Notes: generated by a model from the letters alone, not told the origin. A DNA stretch of 32,000 nt from Candidatus Thorarchaeota archaeon (GCA_008080745.1 SHMX01000001.1:150001-182000), one strand, 5' to 3'. Positions 16,919-27,174 are shown, numbered from the stretch's first letter. Made by a program: numbers and translations.

Positions 16919-18586
16919 TCATGTGAAATCTACTTCTGGACCAATGTGAACGTACTTCATTCTGGTGAGCATCTCTGGGAAGTACTTACCACCAATTATT
17001 CCCGAGTCCTTATAGCCTCCAAGATGGGGCATATATGGGTCAAAATATAGATGATCTTGACCAAGAGTGACACCCGCTGCTTTTATTTTCTTAACCCACT
17101 TGTTTCGAATTTTTACATCGTCTGTAAAAATAGAGGAACGTAAGCCAAATCGAGATGCATTCGCTATCGAAATTGCTTCGTCAACACTGCTTACTTTCAT
17201 GACTGGTAGTGCAGGAGCGAAAACCTCCTCCTTCATTATTCGCATGTCCTGATTGACATTTGTTAGTACGGTAGGTTTGTAGAACATTCCTGCAGGGTCC
17301 TTTTCGTCAAGATAGTTACACCGAAATCCACCTGTTTCGATCTTTGCACCTTTCGCAACGGCATCTTCCATTTGATCGATTAAGATGTATAACGCAGTGA
17401 GTCCCACGGGAGGAAGACCCACCTTTGGATCAGAAGGACGACCCACTTGCAATTTCTCTGCTTCTTCAATAACTAAATCCAATAAATCATCATGGAGAGT
17501 ATCCTGAACAAGTAGCCGCTTAATTGCCATGCACGCCTGACCACTTCCCAGATATCTTCCCTTCACAATCATCTTTGCAGCAAATTCAAGGTCAACATCC
17601 GAACCCCAGACCAGACTAGCATCACTACCAGCGAGCTCTGGAGCCATCTGTATTCGTTTGCTGACAGCCTCAGACCATAACATCAATCCTGTATCACTAT
17701 CACCATACCAGACAATAGCACCAACTTGTGAATCGGACATGAACCGATTCATCATACGTTTTCCACCACCAGTGAGTAGTTGAAGCATTCCCGGTGGCAA
17801 ATCCATGTCCAAGAATTTCTTCATAAAGATGCGCCCAAGTAGAATGGTACTCAGGGGAACTTTACTAGGTGGCTTGAGAATGGTTGAATTCCCGGCAAGT
17901 ATCGAAGAAGTGATGCTTAGAATTCCAAGTGCCAAAGGAGAGTTGTATGGAGTGAATAGACATGATACTCCATAAGGTTCGCGGAACCGATAGTTCTTTC
18001 CTCCATCGCGTCCTGGGTCTTCATGGATATCCAGAGCAGTTCCCCATAGTTCAAAGGTTTCTCGTTCAAGATATTCGGTAAACATCTTCCAAGTCCATTC
18101 AAAGGTCTTGATAGGAACACCCTCTTTTACGGAGATTTCTCTAACTTTTTCAAATTCGTCTTTCACAGCCAAGCCAGCTTCATACAATGCATCAATGCGT
18201 TCATCTAAAGTCACACCCATATCGGGTCTTCTGAATGGGTTGAACAGAGCCTCGTGATCACGTGCTCCAGCTGCAATAGCCTCCGAAATATCAGACTCGC
18301 GAGAAAGAGCAACTTTTGCATAGATTATGTCATCCAGCTCATCATTACTATATTTAGGAATACCATGATGCTTACGATAATCCCGTAGATATCGCATCTC
18401 AGCTGTCTTCTTTGGAATTAGTCCTGGCGTACGTGAGAAAACGAAACGTTGACTTCTTGAAGCTGTACGCATCTGTAATGCAATTGCAAGACCAGGTTCC
18501 GTAATCACCTTGTCCATATCTGGAAAGAAGGTATACTTTCCAGTGTCTATTTCTTTTCCATCTACGAGTATAGGATGTGTATCCAT
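16919..18586 (-). CDS. Divergent aldehyde dehydrogenase family protein
   Basis: FTPYNSP, LKPPS, PELAGSD (catalytic Glu), GQACMA (catalytic Cys) and EEVFAP. Start at ATG 18586 or TTG 18658. Confidence 0.85.
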   Translation of the reverse strand: MDTHPILVDGKEIDTGKYTFFPDMDKVITEPGLAIALQMRTASRSQRFVFSRTPGLIPKKTAEMRYLRDYRKHHGIPKYSNDELDDIIYAKVALSRESDISEAIAAGARDHEALFNPFRRPDMGVTLDERIDALYEAGLAVKDEFEKVREISVKEGVPIKTFEWTWKMFTEYLERETFELWGTALDIHEDPGRDGGKNYRFREPYGVSCLFTPYNSPLALGILSITSSILAGNSTILKPPSKVPLSTILLGRIFMKKFLDMDLPPGMLQLLTGGGKRMMNRFMSDSQVGAIVWYGDSDTGLMLWSEAVSKRIQMAPELAGSDASLVWGSDVDLEFAAKMIVKGRYLGSGQACMAIKRLLVQDTLHDDLLDLVIEEAEKLQVGRPSDPKVGLPPVGLTALYILIDQMEDAVAKGAKIETGGFRCNYLDEKDPAGMFYKPTVLTNVNQDMRIMKEEVFAPALPVMKVSSVDEAISIANASRFGLRSSIFTDDVKIRNKWVKKIKAAGVTLGQDHLYFDPYMPHLGGYKDSGIIGGKYFPEMLTRMKYVHIGPEVDFT

Positions 18587-18678
18587 AGCAAAAGCCCCAT
18601 TCTGAGTGTGAAATTGTTGCCAATCGGCGTGTCTTATAGTTTTTCGGGAGAGTACCAAGTTAGGAGAAAAACGGGGAA

Positions 18679-19167
18679 CTAATCAAGAGGTCGCTCATAA
18701 CATTGAACCAACATACCCTTAGCCTGTTCAAAAGGCTCACCCCAGGGTCGGAAACCAAACTTCCTCATCAGACGCTCAACTGCTTTCTGTCCTACCAAAA
18801 CATTACAGTAGTTTCGTTTACATCCATGAGATTTTCCGTATTCGGCAAATTGTATGTACATTGCAGACGCTAGACCTGAGCGCCCACACTGAGGAGATAC
18901 AGTTTGATGTTCCCCATAGAGGCCCTTCTCAGTGATTTTTGCTTTGTATACTCCAACAATCTTTCCTTCTAAGCGAGCACCAAAGTAGTGAAATCCTTCA
19001 TGTATCTCTTCAATAATTTGCTCAGGAGAATACATACGATGTTTGCGCCATTCTTCAGGATAATCCGTGCACAATGGCCAGACCCGCTTAAACAATGCAG
19101 ATATTTCTTCTGCATCATCTTCGGTGAATTCAACGATGCGAATTTCTTCAGCTGGCATCTCGCTCAT
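18679..19167 (-). CDS. GNAT-family N-acetyltransferase
   Basis: VSPQCGRSGLASAM acetyl-CoA-binding motif A; RLMRKFGF motif B. Confidence 0.85.
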   Translation of the reverse strand: MSEMPAEEIRIVEFTEDDAEEISALFKRVWPLCTDYPEEWRKHRMYSPEQIIEEIHEGFHYFGARLEGKIVGVYKAKITEKGLYGEHQTVSPQCGRSGLASAMYIQFAEYGKSHGCKRNYCNVLVGQKAVERLMRKFGFRPWGEPFEQAKGMLVQCYERPLD

Positions 19168-19217
19168 TGTTATTCAGGTCTCTACTATCCATACAACTTC
19201 ATAAAGCTAGGTGTAGC

Positions 19218-20339
19218 TCACCGTCTGTATTTTGCAAGGTCGTAAGCCTCTTGGATAGGTGTACATCCACCACATCGATGACATCCTGCGGAGGTTTCTT
19301 TTGGATTCAAGCCCTTTTGAACCAGAAGTCTTCCAATTATCCTTACAAAATCAAGATACTTTTCCGATTCTTTGATATAAGAAGGGGTGAAATTAGCTAA
19401 CTGACTATTGGGAGCAGGCCGAATAGGAGCAACTACAGGTAAGATTCCTTTTGATATGATTTCTTCTAGCTTAGAAAGGGTCAGACTAAGATCTTCACCA
19501 AGTCCATACAATAGAAAGGTGCTTACATTTCCAGATCCGAAAAGATCCAATGCATATTCCCAAGATTCCATGTACATTTCAAACGAACCATAATCGGTCT
19601 TGCCTGGGCAGTATAATTCTCTTACATTTGGATCGACACTCTCAATGTGAATACCTACAGCATTCACTCCAGCATTATATACCTCGTAGATCTTTGCTGG
19701 ATCTACCGGAGGCTCAAATTGTACGCCAATTGGAATATCAGAAAAATCTCTAATTGTTTTCACAATCCTAACAAGTCTGTCAATTCCAACATCTTGTGAG
19801 TCAGGTGTTCCAGTTGTCAAAAGTACATCTTTCACCACACCCTCATCGAGACCTGCTTGCAGAACTTCTACAAATTGCTCAGGAGATTTCTCCAAGAGTG
19901 CGTCTTGTGTCTGATGAGAATGTGGAATGGTGCAGAATTTGCATTGTTGTCCGGTGAGCCAATATCTGCAATGTTGATACACCGTTGTTGCAAGAGTTTC
20001 CTTACCGTGTAGAAGGGCAATTTTTTGGTATGGAATACCATCCTCGGTCGTCAAATCATAGAATGCAGGTTTCGGAACAAGATCGAGTGGAATAGAATGG
20101 TCGTAAAGCCAAATCCCAGCTTCATCGGTTGGTCGCAAATCTGCAGAATGGAATCTTTCAGCCATTTCACCCTGTCGTATTGGTACACCTACAGGACGAT
20201 TATTGGGAAGTAAGAAGTATCTGCCACCTACTGGTCCAGCACCCCCTTTTCGACCCGGATATTCAGACTCGGGTATACGAGCACCTTCGGTGAGTAGTTT
20301 CACCTTTAGTCGGAATATCTCTTCTAGATTCATTCTCAT
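19218..20339 (-). CDS. Radical SAM protein, MSMEG_0568-like family
   Basis: KIALLHGKETLATTVYQHCRYWLTGQQCKFC (extended Cx8Cx2C), VLLTTGT, GIHIES and C-terminal AGCHRCGGC auxiliary cluster motif. Confidence 0.85.
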   Translation of the reverse strand: MRMNLEEIFRLKVKLLTEGARIPESEYPGRKGGAGPVGGRYFLLPNNRPVGVPIRQGEMAERFHSADLRPTDEAGIWLYDHSIPLDLVPKPAFYDLTTEDGIPYQKIALLHGKETLATTVYQHCRYWLTGQQCKFCTIPHSHQTQDALLEKSPEQFVEVLQAGLDEGVVKDVLLTTGTPDSQDVGIDRLVRIVKTIRDFSDIPIGVQFEPPVDPAKIYEVYNAGVNAVGIHIESVDPNVRELYCPGKTDYGSFEMYMESWEYALDLFGSGNVSTFLLYGLGEDLSLTLSKLEEIISKGILPVVAPIRPAPNSQLANFTPSYIKESEKYLDFVRIIGRLLVQKGLNPKETSAGCHRCGGCTPIQEAYDLAKYRR

Positions 20340-20373
20340 CGGTCCATTATTGCTCTTCCTAACTTAATTGCTT

Positions 20374-21480
20374 TCAGTTAACGTCTTTTGTATACTTATC
20401 AACAAATTCCACTAAATCAAGCACCTCAATTTCATCCCCTGCTTGTTGTTTTAGTAGATTTTTACAAAATGGACAGGTGCTAAGAAGTAATTTAGAGCCA
20501 GTCCGGAGTGCTTGTTCGATACGTTCTCGTCCAATCTTCTTTGATGCATCTGGATACATCAACCTTAGCCCAGCCCCATTTCCACAACACATCGCATTTT
20601 CTCGATTGCGTTCCATTTCACTAGGAGGAATTCCCGATATGGATTCAATCACTCTACGGGGTTCATCATAGACATTGCAATGACGGCCAAGATGACAAGG
20701 ATCATGATAGGTTACCTGAATTGATGGATCTGTTTCACCCAGACCATCCCGATGCATATCCAGAAATTGGCTAATATGGTAGATAGGTTTGGTAATTTCC
20801 AACCCGTGTTTTGGATAGTCTATGGTAAGAGCACGAAGACAGCCGGGACAGGAAACAACTATTTTCTCTGCCGAATGAGCATTAAGAATTTCGACATTAT
20901 GATTGGCTTGTTCTAAAGCAGCTTCTAGAGAGCCGGTTCTGAATAATGGCGAGGCACAACACCACTCATCTTCTAACAAAGCTACTTTGAAACCAAGCCG
21001 TGAGAGTACATTGATGGTTGAGTTAGCAATCTCCTCCTCCTGATAAGCAGAAGTACAACCAGTAAAGTAGACAATATCAGGATTTTTCGATGTGGGTAAT
21101 TCCAACTTTTCTAGTCTTTTTGAGTGGGGTTCATCGAATGGGTTGTGATTTGATCTCACAATGGATACCAAGTCTTTGATAGCGGTAGGCTGACGACCTT
21201 CCTCAGCAAGTTCGGTTCTTCTAGATTCTACAATAGAAGCTATGTCAATCTCTGGTTTGCACCAAGTTAGACAATGACTACATTCCAGACACTGATACAG
21301 AACCTGAATCGCCCGTTCGTCGAGCTCACGTACGCCTTTAATTTCCTGATGGAGTAGGAGTGCTCTTCCGTGGGGAGTTGGGGCATCAGATCGCCATGCA
21401 AAAAAGGTTGGACAAACATGTCTGCACATTTTAGGACATGCCGCACACATCCGCACATCAGAGGCCATTTCATCATTCAT
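20374..21480 (-). CDS. Fe-S oxidoreductase with two CCG domains (GlcF/GlpC/HdrD-like)
   Basis: CAACPKMCRHVCP and CLECSHCLTWC ferredoxin-like motifs; YFTGC...WCCAS...VSCPGC; YHDPCHLGR...CCGNG...STCPFC. Confidence 0.9.
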   Translation of the reverse strand: MNDEMASDVRMCAACPKMCRHVCPTFFAWRSDAPTPHGRALLLHQEIKGVRELDERAIQVLYQCLECSHCLTWCKPEIDIASIVESRRTELAEEGRQPTAIKDLVSIVRSNHNPFDEPHSKRLEKLELPTSKNPDIVYFTGCTSAYQEEEIANSTINVLSRLGFKVALLEDEWCCASPLFRTGSLEAALEQANHNVEILNAHSAEKIVVSCPGCLRALTIDYPKHGLEITKPIYHISQFLDMHRDGLGETDPSIQVTYHDPCHLGRHCNVYDEPRRVIESISGIPPSEMERNRENAMCCGNGAGLRLMYPDASKKIGRERIEQALRTGSKLLLSTCPFCKNLLKQQAGDEIEVLDLVEFVDKYTKDVN

Positions 21481-22907
21481 TATTTTCGCACCTCCAAACC
21501 TAATTTTCCAGGATTCATAATCCCATTGGGATCGAGTTTCTCCTTTATACTCTTTAAGACTGAAAACGCAGATTCCAGTTCGTCAACAACATATGTGCTT
21601 CTAGAAAGTCCGACTCCATGCTGATGGGACATTGTACCACCCTCTTTTAGACATGCAGCAACCCCATCATCCCAGATTTTTTTATAGGTTGCCCAGGCAC
21701 TTTCTGCATCGGGCTGAGCAGTAAAGAAAATCATGTATATACTCCCACCATTGGGATACATATGTGAGAAGTGGGATAGCACAACTGCTTCATGTGCTTC
21801 CATAGCAGATTTCATAGAATGATAGACATTCTCCAATTTGTCATATGTTGCAACCACATCAATGGTGTCACCAATGGCATATCCTGAAGTTGTGAAGGGA
21901 CTTGGATAGTACATATCAAATCGATGATTCCACCATCTCTCTGCAGGTCCTGCCCCAAAGTCATTTCCACCTTCTGCAATGCATATTTCCATAACGGTTG
22001 CCTCATCTAAATCATTTTTGGAAGTAGACCCATCAAAGGCTAACATAAGCATACAATCCCCCTCTGCTACATCAAAATGAGTACTAACACTAAAAGCTGT
22101 ATCTTCAGGATCATATAATCTAATAATTGAAGGACTAATTCCTGCACGGAATATCTTTCTAATAATTTCTAATCCCGTTGAAACATCTTTTACGCTGACA
22201 CTACGAAAACGTCTCTCTTCAGGCAGAGGAAAAATTCTGAGTGTTGCCTTTGTAATAACACCCAAAGTACCTTCAGAACCAATGAATAACTGACGTAAAT
22301 CAGGACCAACAGAATGACGGGGCACGGGTTTGCAGAATATCACTTCACCACTAGGTAAAACAAATTCCAATCCCAAGGTCAAATCCTCAATTTTTCCATA
22401 TAATGAGGACATAGATCCACCAGACCGAGTTGCGATAAATCCACCAATATTGGATGATCTGACTGAGGTGGGTGTATGACCAGATGTGTACCCATGACGA
22501 TTCAAATACTCCTCCAAATCTACCCCTACAACCCCAGCCTCTACATGGACCATCATAGAGGTCTCATCAATTTCGAGTATCTTGTCAAATCGTTTCATGT
22601 CTAGTTGAATTCCACCGTAAATAGCAAGGGTGCCACCACAGGTTCCAGCACCACCACCAACAGGGATAACCGGAATTAAGAACTTGTTAGCAATTTTAAG
22701 AATCTCAGATACCTCTCTGGTAGTTGATGGAAAGACAATAATATCAGCAAGAGGCAACAACTCCCCAGCTCGAATTTTTGCCTCACTGAGAGGCCAAGCA
22801 TCATGTGCATTGAGGACTTTATCGGTCTGTTGCACAGTGACATAATCAGATCCAAGTAGAGTATGTAATTTTTCTACTAACTCTCCAAACTTATCAGAAT
22901 CAATCAT
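21480..22907 (-). CDS. FAD-linked oxidase of the VAO/PCMH family, alkyl-DHAP synthase-like
   Basis: PVGGGAG, IGGFIATRSGGSMSSLYGKIEDL, FIGSEGTLGVIT, SHMYPNGGSIY, SHQHGVG and LDPNGIMNPGKL. Confidence 0.85.
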   Translation of the reverse strand: MIDSDKFGELVEKLHTLLGSDYVTVQQTDKVLNAHDAWPLSEAKIRAGELLPLADIIVFPSTTREVSEILKIANKFLIPVIPVGGGAGTCGGTLAIYGGIQLDMKRFDKILEIDETSMMVHVEAGVVGVDLEEYLNRHGYTSGHTPTSVRSSNIGGFIATRSGGSMSSLYGKIEDLTLGLEFVLPSGEVIFCKPVPRHSVGPDLRQLFIGSEGTLGVITKATLRIFPLPEERRFRSVSVKDVSTGLEIIRKIFRAGISPSIIRLYDPEDTAFSVSTHFDVAEGDCMLMLAFDGSTSKNDLDEATVMEICIAEGGNDFGAGPAERWWNHRFDMYYPSPFTTSGYAIGDTIDVVATYDKLENVYHSMKSAMEAHEAVVLSHFSHMYPNGGSIYMIFFTAQPDAESAWATYKKIWDDGVAACLKEGGTMSHQHGVGLSRSTYVVDELESAFSVLKSIKEKLDPNGIMNPGKLGLEVRK

Positions 22908-22913
22908 AACATT

Positions 22914-24143
22914 TCACTCCATAGAGAGATGGGTTGCGATAAACACGGTCAAATCATCAACATCGATAGGAATACCACTTCGATAGAGATTATCTTCTAA
23001 TGTTGCAGTACATAATGGACAGGGAGTCACAACTCGCGATGCAGATGTAGCATCTATTGCCGCAAGATTAATCCCAACAACTGATTTTGCAACACTTGGT
23101 GCATGATATGCAACCATTCCACCACCACCGCAACAAGAATCTCTAGCAGAAGAAGTAATAACTTCAACATTTGGAATAGCTTGCAGAATTTCCACGGCAT
23201 AATCCAATATCTGTCGAGAGGTGTGCTTGATAAGATGGCAGGGCTCATGAATAGTGATTTTTGTTGCGGATGTGTCTGATGCCATTTCTGCTTGGAGTCT
23301 GTCGATACCGATGTGTTCAATAAGATATTCAATCATATGATAGATAGGAATATCCCAGTTATCTCGTACTGCTATATCACTAATATTGGAAGTACAGCCA
23401 GCACAAGTTGTAACCAACATTTTTACTCCAAGAGATTTTATTTTCTCCTTCAGGGATGTATTCAACTCTCTAGCAGTCTTCTCATCACCAATTAAGCGAG
23501 CAGGCAGTCCACAACAGCTCAATTCATCAAGGACTGCAAAGTTCACATCAAATCGTTTTAGAATTACTTTTGCGGCTTCTTTAACTTCCTGAGCCATTTC
23601 TTCTGCTTGACAACCAGGATAAAATAAAACATCAGCACTTTCTTTGCTCTCAATATCAACTAGAGGTAGACCCAACCGTTCCAATCTCATATCACGGCTA
23701 TCAATCTTATCTTCAGGATCATCCCAAGGTGCAAATGCTTTCTCATGTGCATGAATGGTTTCTAGTACTTTGTGTAATTCTTTTGGAACAAGATCAGGAC
23801 GGTGTTCGAAAATTCTAGCTCGAATCATATTGACAATCTCAGGGATATTGACGGATTGCGGACAGACTTCTCTACAGGTTCCACAGCCCGTACAAAGATA
23901 GACCTTGTCACCAGTGGTCCAGAATTCAGGAGGGGAGCGGCTTAGCTCAACTGCAATGCTACGAGGACCACTAAATTGATCAACTCCTACTCCAGCCACA
24001 ACAGGACAGTGATTAATGCAAATCCCACAATTTATGCACTGTTCAATGGACTTGATTATTTCCAATTCATCCTCTTTGTAAGGAATGATTCTTTCTTCTT
24101 TCAGGGTTCCCTTAACAAATTCATAAGCTTCTTCTTCGCTCAT
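22914..24143 (-). CDS. glpC: Anaerobic glycerol-3-phosphate dehydrogenase subunit C-like Fe-S/CCG protein
   Basis: CINCGICINHCP and CTGCGTCREVCP 4Fe-4S motifs plus two CCG domains; directly follows glpAB. Confidence 0.75.
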   Translation of the reverse strand: MSEEEAYEFVKGTLKEERIIPYKEDELEIIKSIEQCINCGICINHCPVVAGVGVDQFSGPRSIAVELSRSPPEFWTTGDKVYLCTGCGTCREVCPQSVNIPEIVNMIRARIFEHRPDLVPKELHKVLETIHAHEKAFAPWDDPEDKIDSRDMRLERLGLPLVDIESKESADVLFYPGCQAEEMAQEVKEAAKVILKRFDVNFAVLDELSCCGLPARLIGDEKTARELNTSLKEKIKSLGVKMLVTTCAGCTSNISDIAVRDNWDIPIYHMIEYLIEHIGIDRLQAEMASDTSATKITIHEPCHLIKHTSRQILDYAVEILQAIPNVEVITSSARDSCCGGGGMVAYHAPSVAKSVVGINLAAIDATSASRVVTPCPLCTATLEDNLYRSGIPIDVDDLTVFIATHLSME

Positions 24144-25511
24144 TTAGAGTTCCTCCTTGATATATTTCATAGCGTTTAATCCGGTAGTATAACCTGTAGT
24201 GAGACCTACACCCAAACCACTCTTTTCAACGAGATAATTATATCCGGCTAGAACGGAACCCGCAGCAAAGACATTCTCATATACTACTTGAGAATCGTAA
24301 TTGATAGGCCTGAAGTATCTATCAACTGGAACACCCACACTGAAAACAGCGTGACCTTCGTATTGCACATTAACCCGATCGGTTAACTTCTGAGGTCTCA
24401 AATCATCCGTTGGATTATAGTTCAGATCTACAGTGTCTAGATTAAAAATAGATTCTTTGAAGCCACTCTCTGTTCCTTTAATTCCCCCACCTATGAATTT
24501 CCCAGTCGCAAGTATTGTTGAGGTAGCAGATATTTTCATCTTTCTATGGGGACTTTTCGCAATAATCCGACTCACTCTATCATCAGCTGAATCATATCCT
24601 ACAACCTCATGACCAACAATCATCTGTCCTCCAGATTCTAGATACATAGCATCCAGTGATTGTTGGAGTCGCATTCCAGGTACTGACGGTGGAAAAGAAA
24701 GAACCTCAAACGGATGTACGCCAAGTTCAGCTATTTCTTGTAAGACAGTATTGGCGGATTCAATGCCCATGACAGGAGGTAGAGCCACATGTGTTGCACC
24801 AGTATTTTCAATGTTCTTTCTCAGCTCAGAGAGGGCCTCCTTAGGTAGTCCTGAATGATCAAGATGACGGGCAACCTCAACAGATGAAATGTTGTAAGGT
24901 TTGCCAAACGGAGTTATTGTTATTGAACAGCTTGATACTCTCTTGACAGGTTTATCCGCGTACCTCTGAAATTCTGCATAAGTCCGTGCAGCAAGCCTAC
25001 CATTGAAATCAGGATGCCCCACTATGTCAACGAAGAGGAGATTGCTATCGTCATGATCCTTTACAAGATTCCCCATATCCATCGTCTTCTGGACAAAGCA
25101 TGTGGGTTTTGTTGTACCTAGAACCGTTATTGCCTCCATGGCTTGGTCCAAAGCCCCAGTAAACTCAGCACATAAACCATCCAGGTTCCTCTGTAACCAT
25201 TTCACAGAATCTTTGACCCTCTGAACAATTAATTCAGTGTGGACTTCTCGATTGTTCTCTGAAATACCCAAAATGACATAGGGATGGGTAGATCGAATCA
25301 CTCCAGTAGTAGACAAGGCATCAATAGGACTCAGAGGGAATTGACTCTCAACAAGATTTCCTAGAATATCAATAGCACCCGATGAGTAGGACGTTGCTCC
25401 TCGACCTTTCCTGATCAAGATAGTTTTTAGACCCGATTCAGAAGCGATAGTTCCTGCAACGAGACCAGCAATACCACCGCCAATAACAGCTAAATCATAT
25501 TCGTGTTCCAT
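24144..25511 (-). CDS. glpB: Anaerobic glycerol-3-phosphate dehydrogenase subunit B
   Basis: VIGGGIAG, SSGAIDILG, FPPSVPGMRL, LATGKFIGGGI, NVFAAGSVLAGY and SGLGVGLTTG. Confidence 0.9.
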   Translation of the reverse strand: MEHEYDLAVIGGGIAGLVAGTIASESGLKTILIRKGRGATSYSSGAIDILGNLVESQFPLSPIDALSTTGVIRSTHPYVILGISENNREVHTELIVQRVKDSVKWLQRNLDGLCAEFTGALDQAMEAITVLGTTKPTCFVQKTMDMGNLVKDHDDSNLLFVDIVGHPDFNGRLAARTYAEFQRYADKPVKRVSSCSITITPFGKPYNISSVEVARHLDHSGLPKEALSELRKNIENTGATHVALPPVMGIESANTVLQEIAELGVHPFEVLSFPPSVPGMRLQQSLDAMYLESGGQMIVGHEVVGYDSADDRVSRIIAKSPHRKMKISATSTILATGKFIGGGIKGTESGFKESIFNLDTVDLNYNPTDDLRPQKLTDRVNVQYEGHAVFSVGVPVDRYFRPINYDSQVVYENVFAAGSVLAGYNYLVEKSGLGVGLTTGYTTGLNAMKYIKEEL

Positions 25512-25512
25512 T

Positions 25513-27174
25513 CTACGACCAATCCTCCCATGGCTTACGAGTATAGACAGACCCGAGGGTCAGATCAAGATTTCCAACGCAGGCGTACATTCCCTGAGCG
25601 ACCTCTTCCTGAATGATCTGTTCCCGTCTGAAGGAGGGGCGTTTCCCTTTCCATCGCTCTGAAAGAAAATCAAGTATATCCAACTGGAAATCATGCCCAC
25701 TTAGCTCCCGTTCGTCTGCTAAGATAGCAGCAGCTTTATACGTGCAAAAAGTTGCTTGGCAAGGGCCAGTACCCAGTCTAACTCGACGACGTAAATCGTT
25801 GAGAGTCTGGGGAAACTCGTGTCTTATGCTGTATCGAATTTCAGCCTCTATCACAGGTTCACAGGTACAGATTGTTGTCTTCCAGTCGGGGTGATCTTTT
25901 GTCAGTTCCAAAATCATTCTTGTTTCAGTTCCGCGTCTAGCCCTCAAACGCTCTACAGCATGTTGTGATATATCGAACTCTTTAGCAAGAGCAAGAACAT
26001 CCACATCATCTTCGTTGCCTGGTAATGGTTCCAGATGAGTTTTGCATTCAGTTTCAACTCTCAACATTTCTGCGGCTAGATCAGTGGCTGCTTCAGCCAT
26101 ATGTCTGCACATTACCAGTTTTCCACCGGTGAAGCTGATAAGACCTTTAATATTCTGTGAAGAATGATCAATTATCTCGTAGCCACGGGTGACTTTTCCC
26201 TCAGGAATCTTCCAATCTGCAACGAGAGGCCGGACTCCTTCCATTGTCCGAATTATTCGAGCATCACGAATAGAGGGAATAACCCATTCCATACTCTGCA
26301 GCAAGTATTCTATCTCATCGTGACTTGCGGTAAGGGTGTCTGGGTCCTCCCAAGTATCAATAGCAGTTGTTCCAAGAAGAGTGGTATTTTCATGAGGAAA
26401 AAGATAGATCATCCGTCCGTCAACAGCTTTCGCAATGACGCCCACATTGACTACTCTTCGGTCTAAAATTACATGTGCACCCTTGTTCAGACGTAAATCA
26501 ACCTTGGCTTCAGCAAATTTAGCAACTTTTGATGCCCAGGGACCAGCTGCATTGATGACAATATGTGTTGAAACCCGTTTTTCTTCACGCGTAATCCTAT
26601 TGAAATAGACAACTCCAACAATCTTCCCGTCTTTAACATCAATATCTACCAGCTCACAATACGTTTTGACATCAGCACCATGATTCTTCGCATCTAGTGC
26701 TTGCAAGATACATAAACGAAAAGGATCTATGAAGTATTCTTCAAAATATAACGATGCAATAATTTCCGGATTTAGAGATGGTTCAATCTCACGAGAGTCT
26801 TCAGGAGTGAGAAACAACACAGGAGGAACATCTCGTGATTCCGCCCGTTTAGAATATTCCTCTGCAAAATTCCCTCCACTTGAGAGGTCACTCATCTCAA
26901 GCATAGGAGTCAGTATGGGGTTTTTCATAATGATATGGCGAGCAATCCGAAGAAAGTGGACTACCTCATCAGAACACATATCGACAATTTCAGGTTCATC
27001 CATGTATTTCAGACCGGAGGATATCATTCCCGCACAGGTGCCAACTGTTGCAGAAGCAATATCATCTCGTTCTAGAAGCAATGTACGAAGACCTCTCATT
27101 GCACAGTCACGGGCGACAGCTGTACCAGTGCTACCAGCACCAATGACTACAACATCATAATCAGCCATTTTCAC
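25513..27174 (-). CDS. glpA: Anaerobic glycerol-3-phosphate dehydrogenase subunit A
   Basis: VVIGAGSTG..ARDCAMRG, INAAGPWA, KGAH, GVRPL, GGKL; C-terminal BFD-like CTCE...RRRVRLGTGPCQATFC. Confidence 0.92.
   Translation of the reverse strand: MKMADYDVVVIGAGSTGTAVARDCAMRGLRTLLLERDDIASATVGTCAGMISSGLKYMDEPEIVDMCSDEVVHFLRIARHIIMKNPILTPMLEMSDLSSGGNFAEEYSKRAESRDVPPVLFLTPEDSREIEPSLNPEIIASLYFEEYFIDPFRLCILQALDAKNHGADVKTYCELVDIDVKDGKIVGVVYFNRITREEKRVSTHIVINAAGPWASKVAKFAEAKVDLRLNKGAHVILDRRVVNVGVIAKAVDGRMIYLFPHENTTLLGTTAIDTWEDPDTLTASHDEIEYLLQSMEWVIPSIRDARIIRTMEGVRPLVADWKIPEGKVTRGYEIIDHSSQNIKGLISFTGGKLVMCRHMAEAATDLAAEMLRVETECKTHLEPLPGNEDDVDVLALAKEFDISQHAVERLRARRGTETRMILELTKDHPDWKTTICTCEPVIEAEIRYSIRHEFPQTLNDLRRRVRLGTGPCQATFCTYKAAAILADERELSGHDFQLDILDFLSERWKGKRPSFRREQIIQEEVAQGMYACVGNLDLTLGSVYTRKPWEDWS

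Noticed and set aside
20374-24143. CCG proteins as a methanogen-type heterodisulfide reductase
   Set aside because: No HdrA/HdrE or Mvh genes are in the window; the context with GlpAB and a FAD oxidase explains them better.
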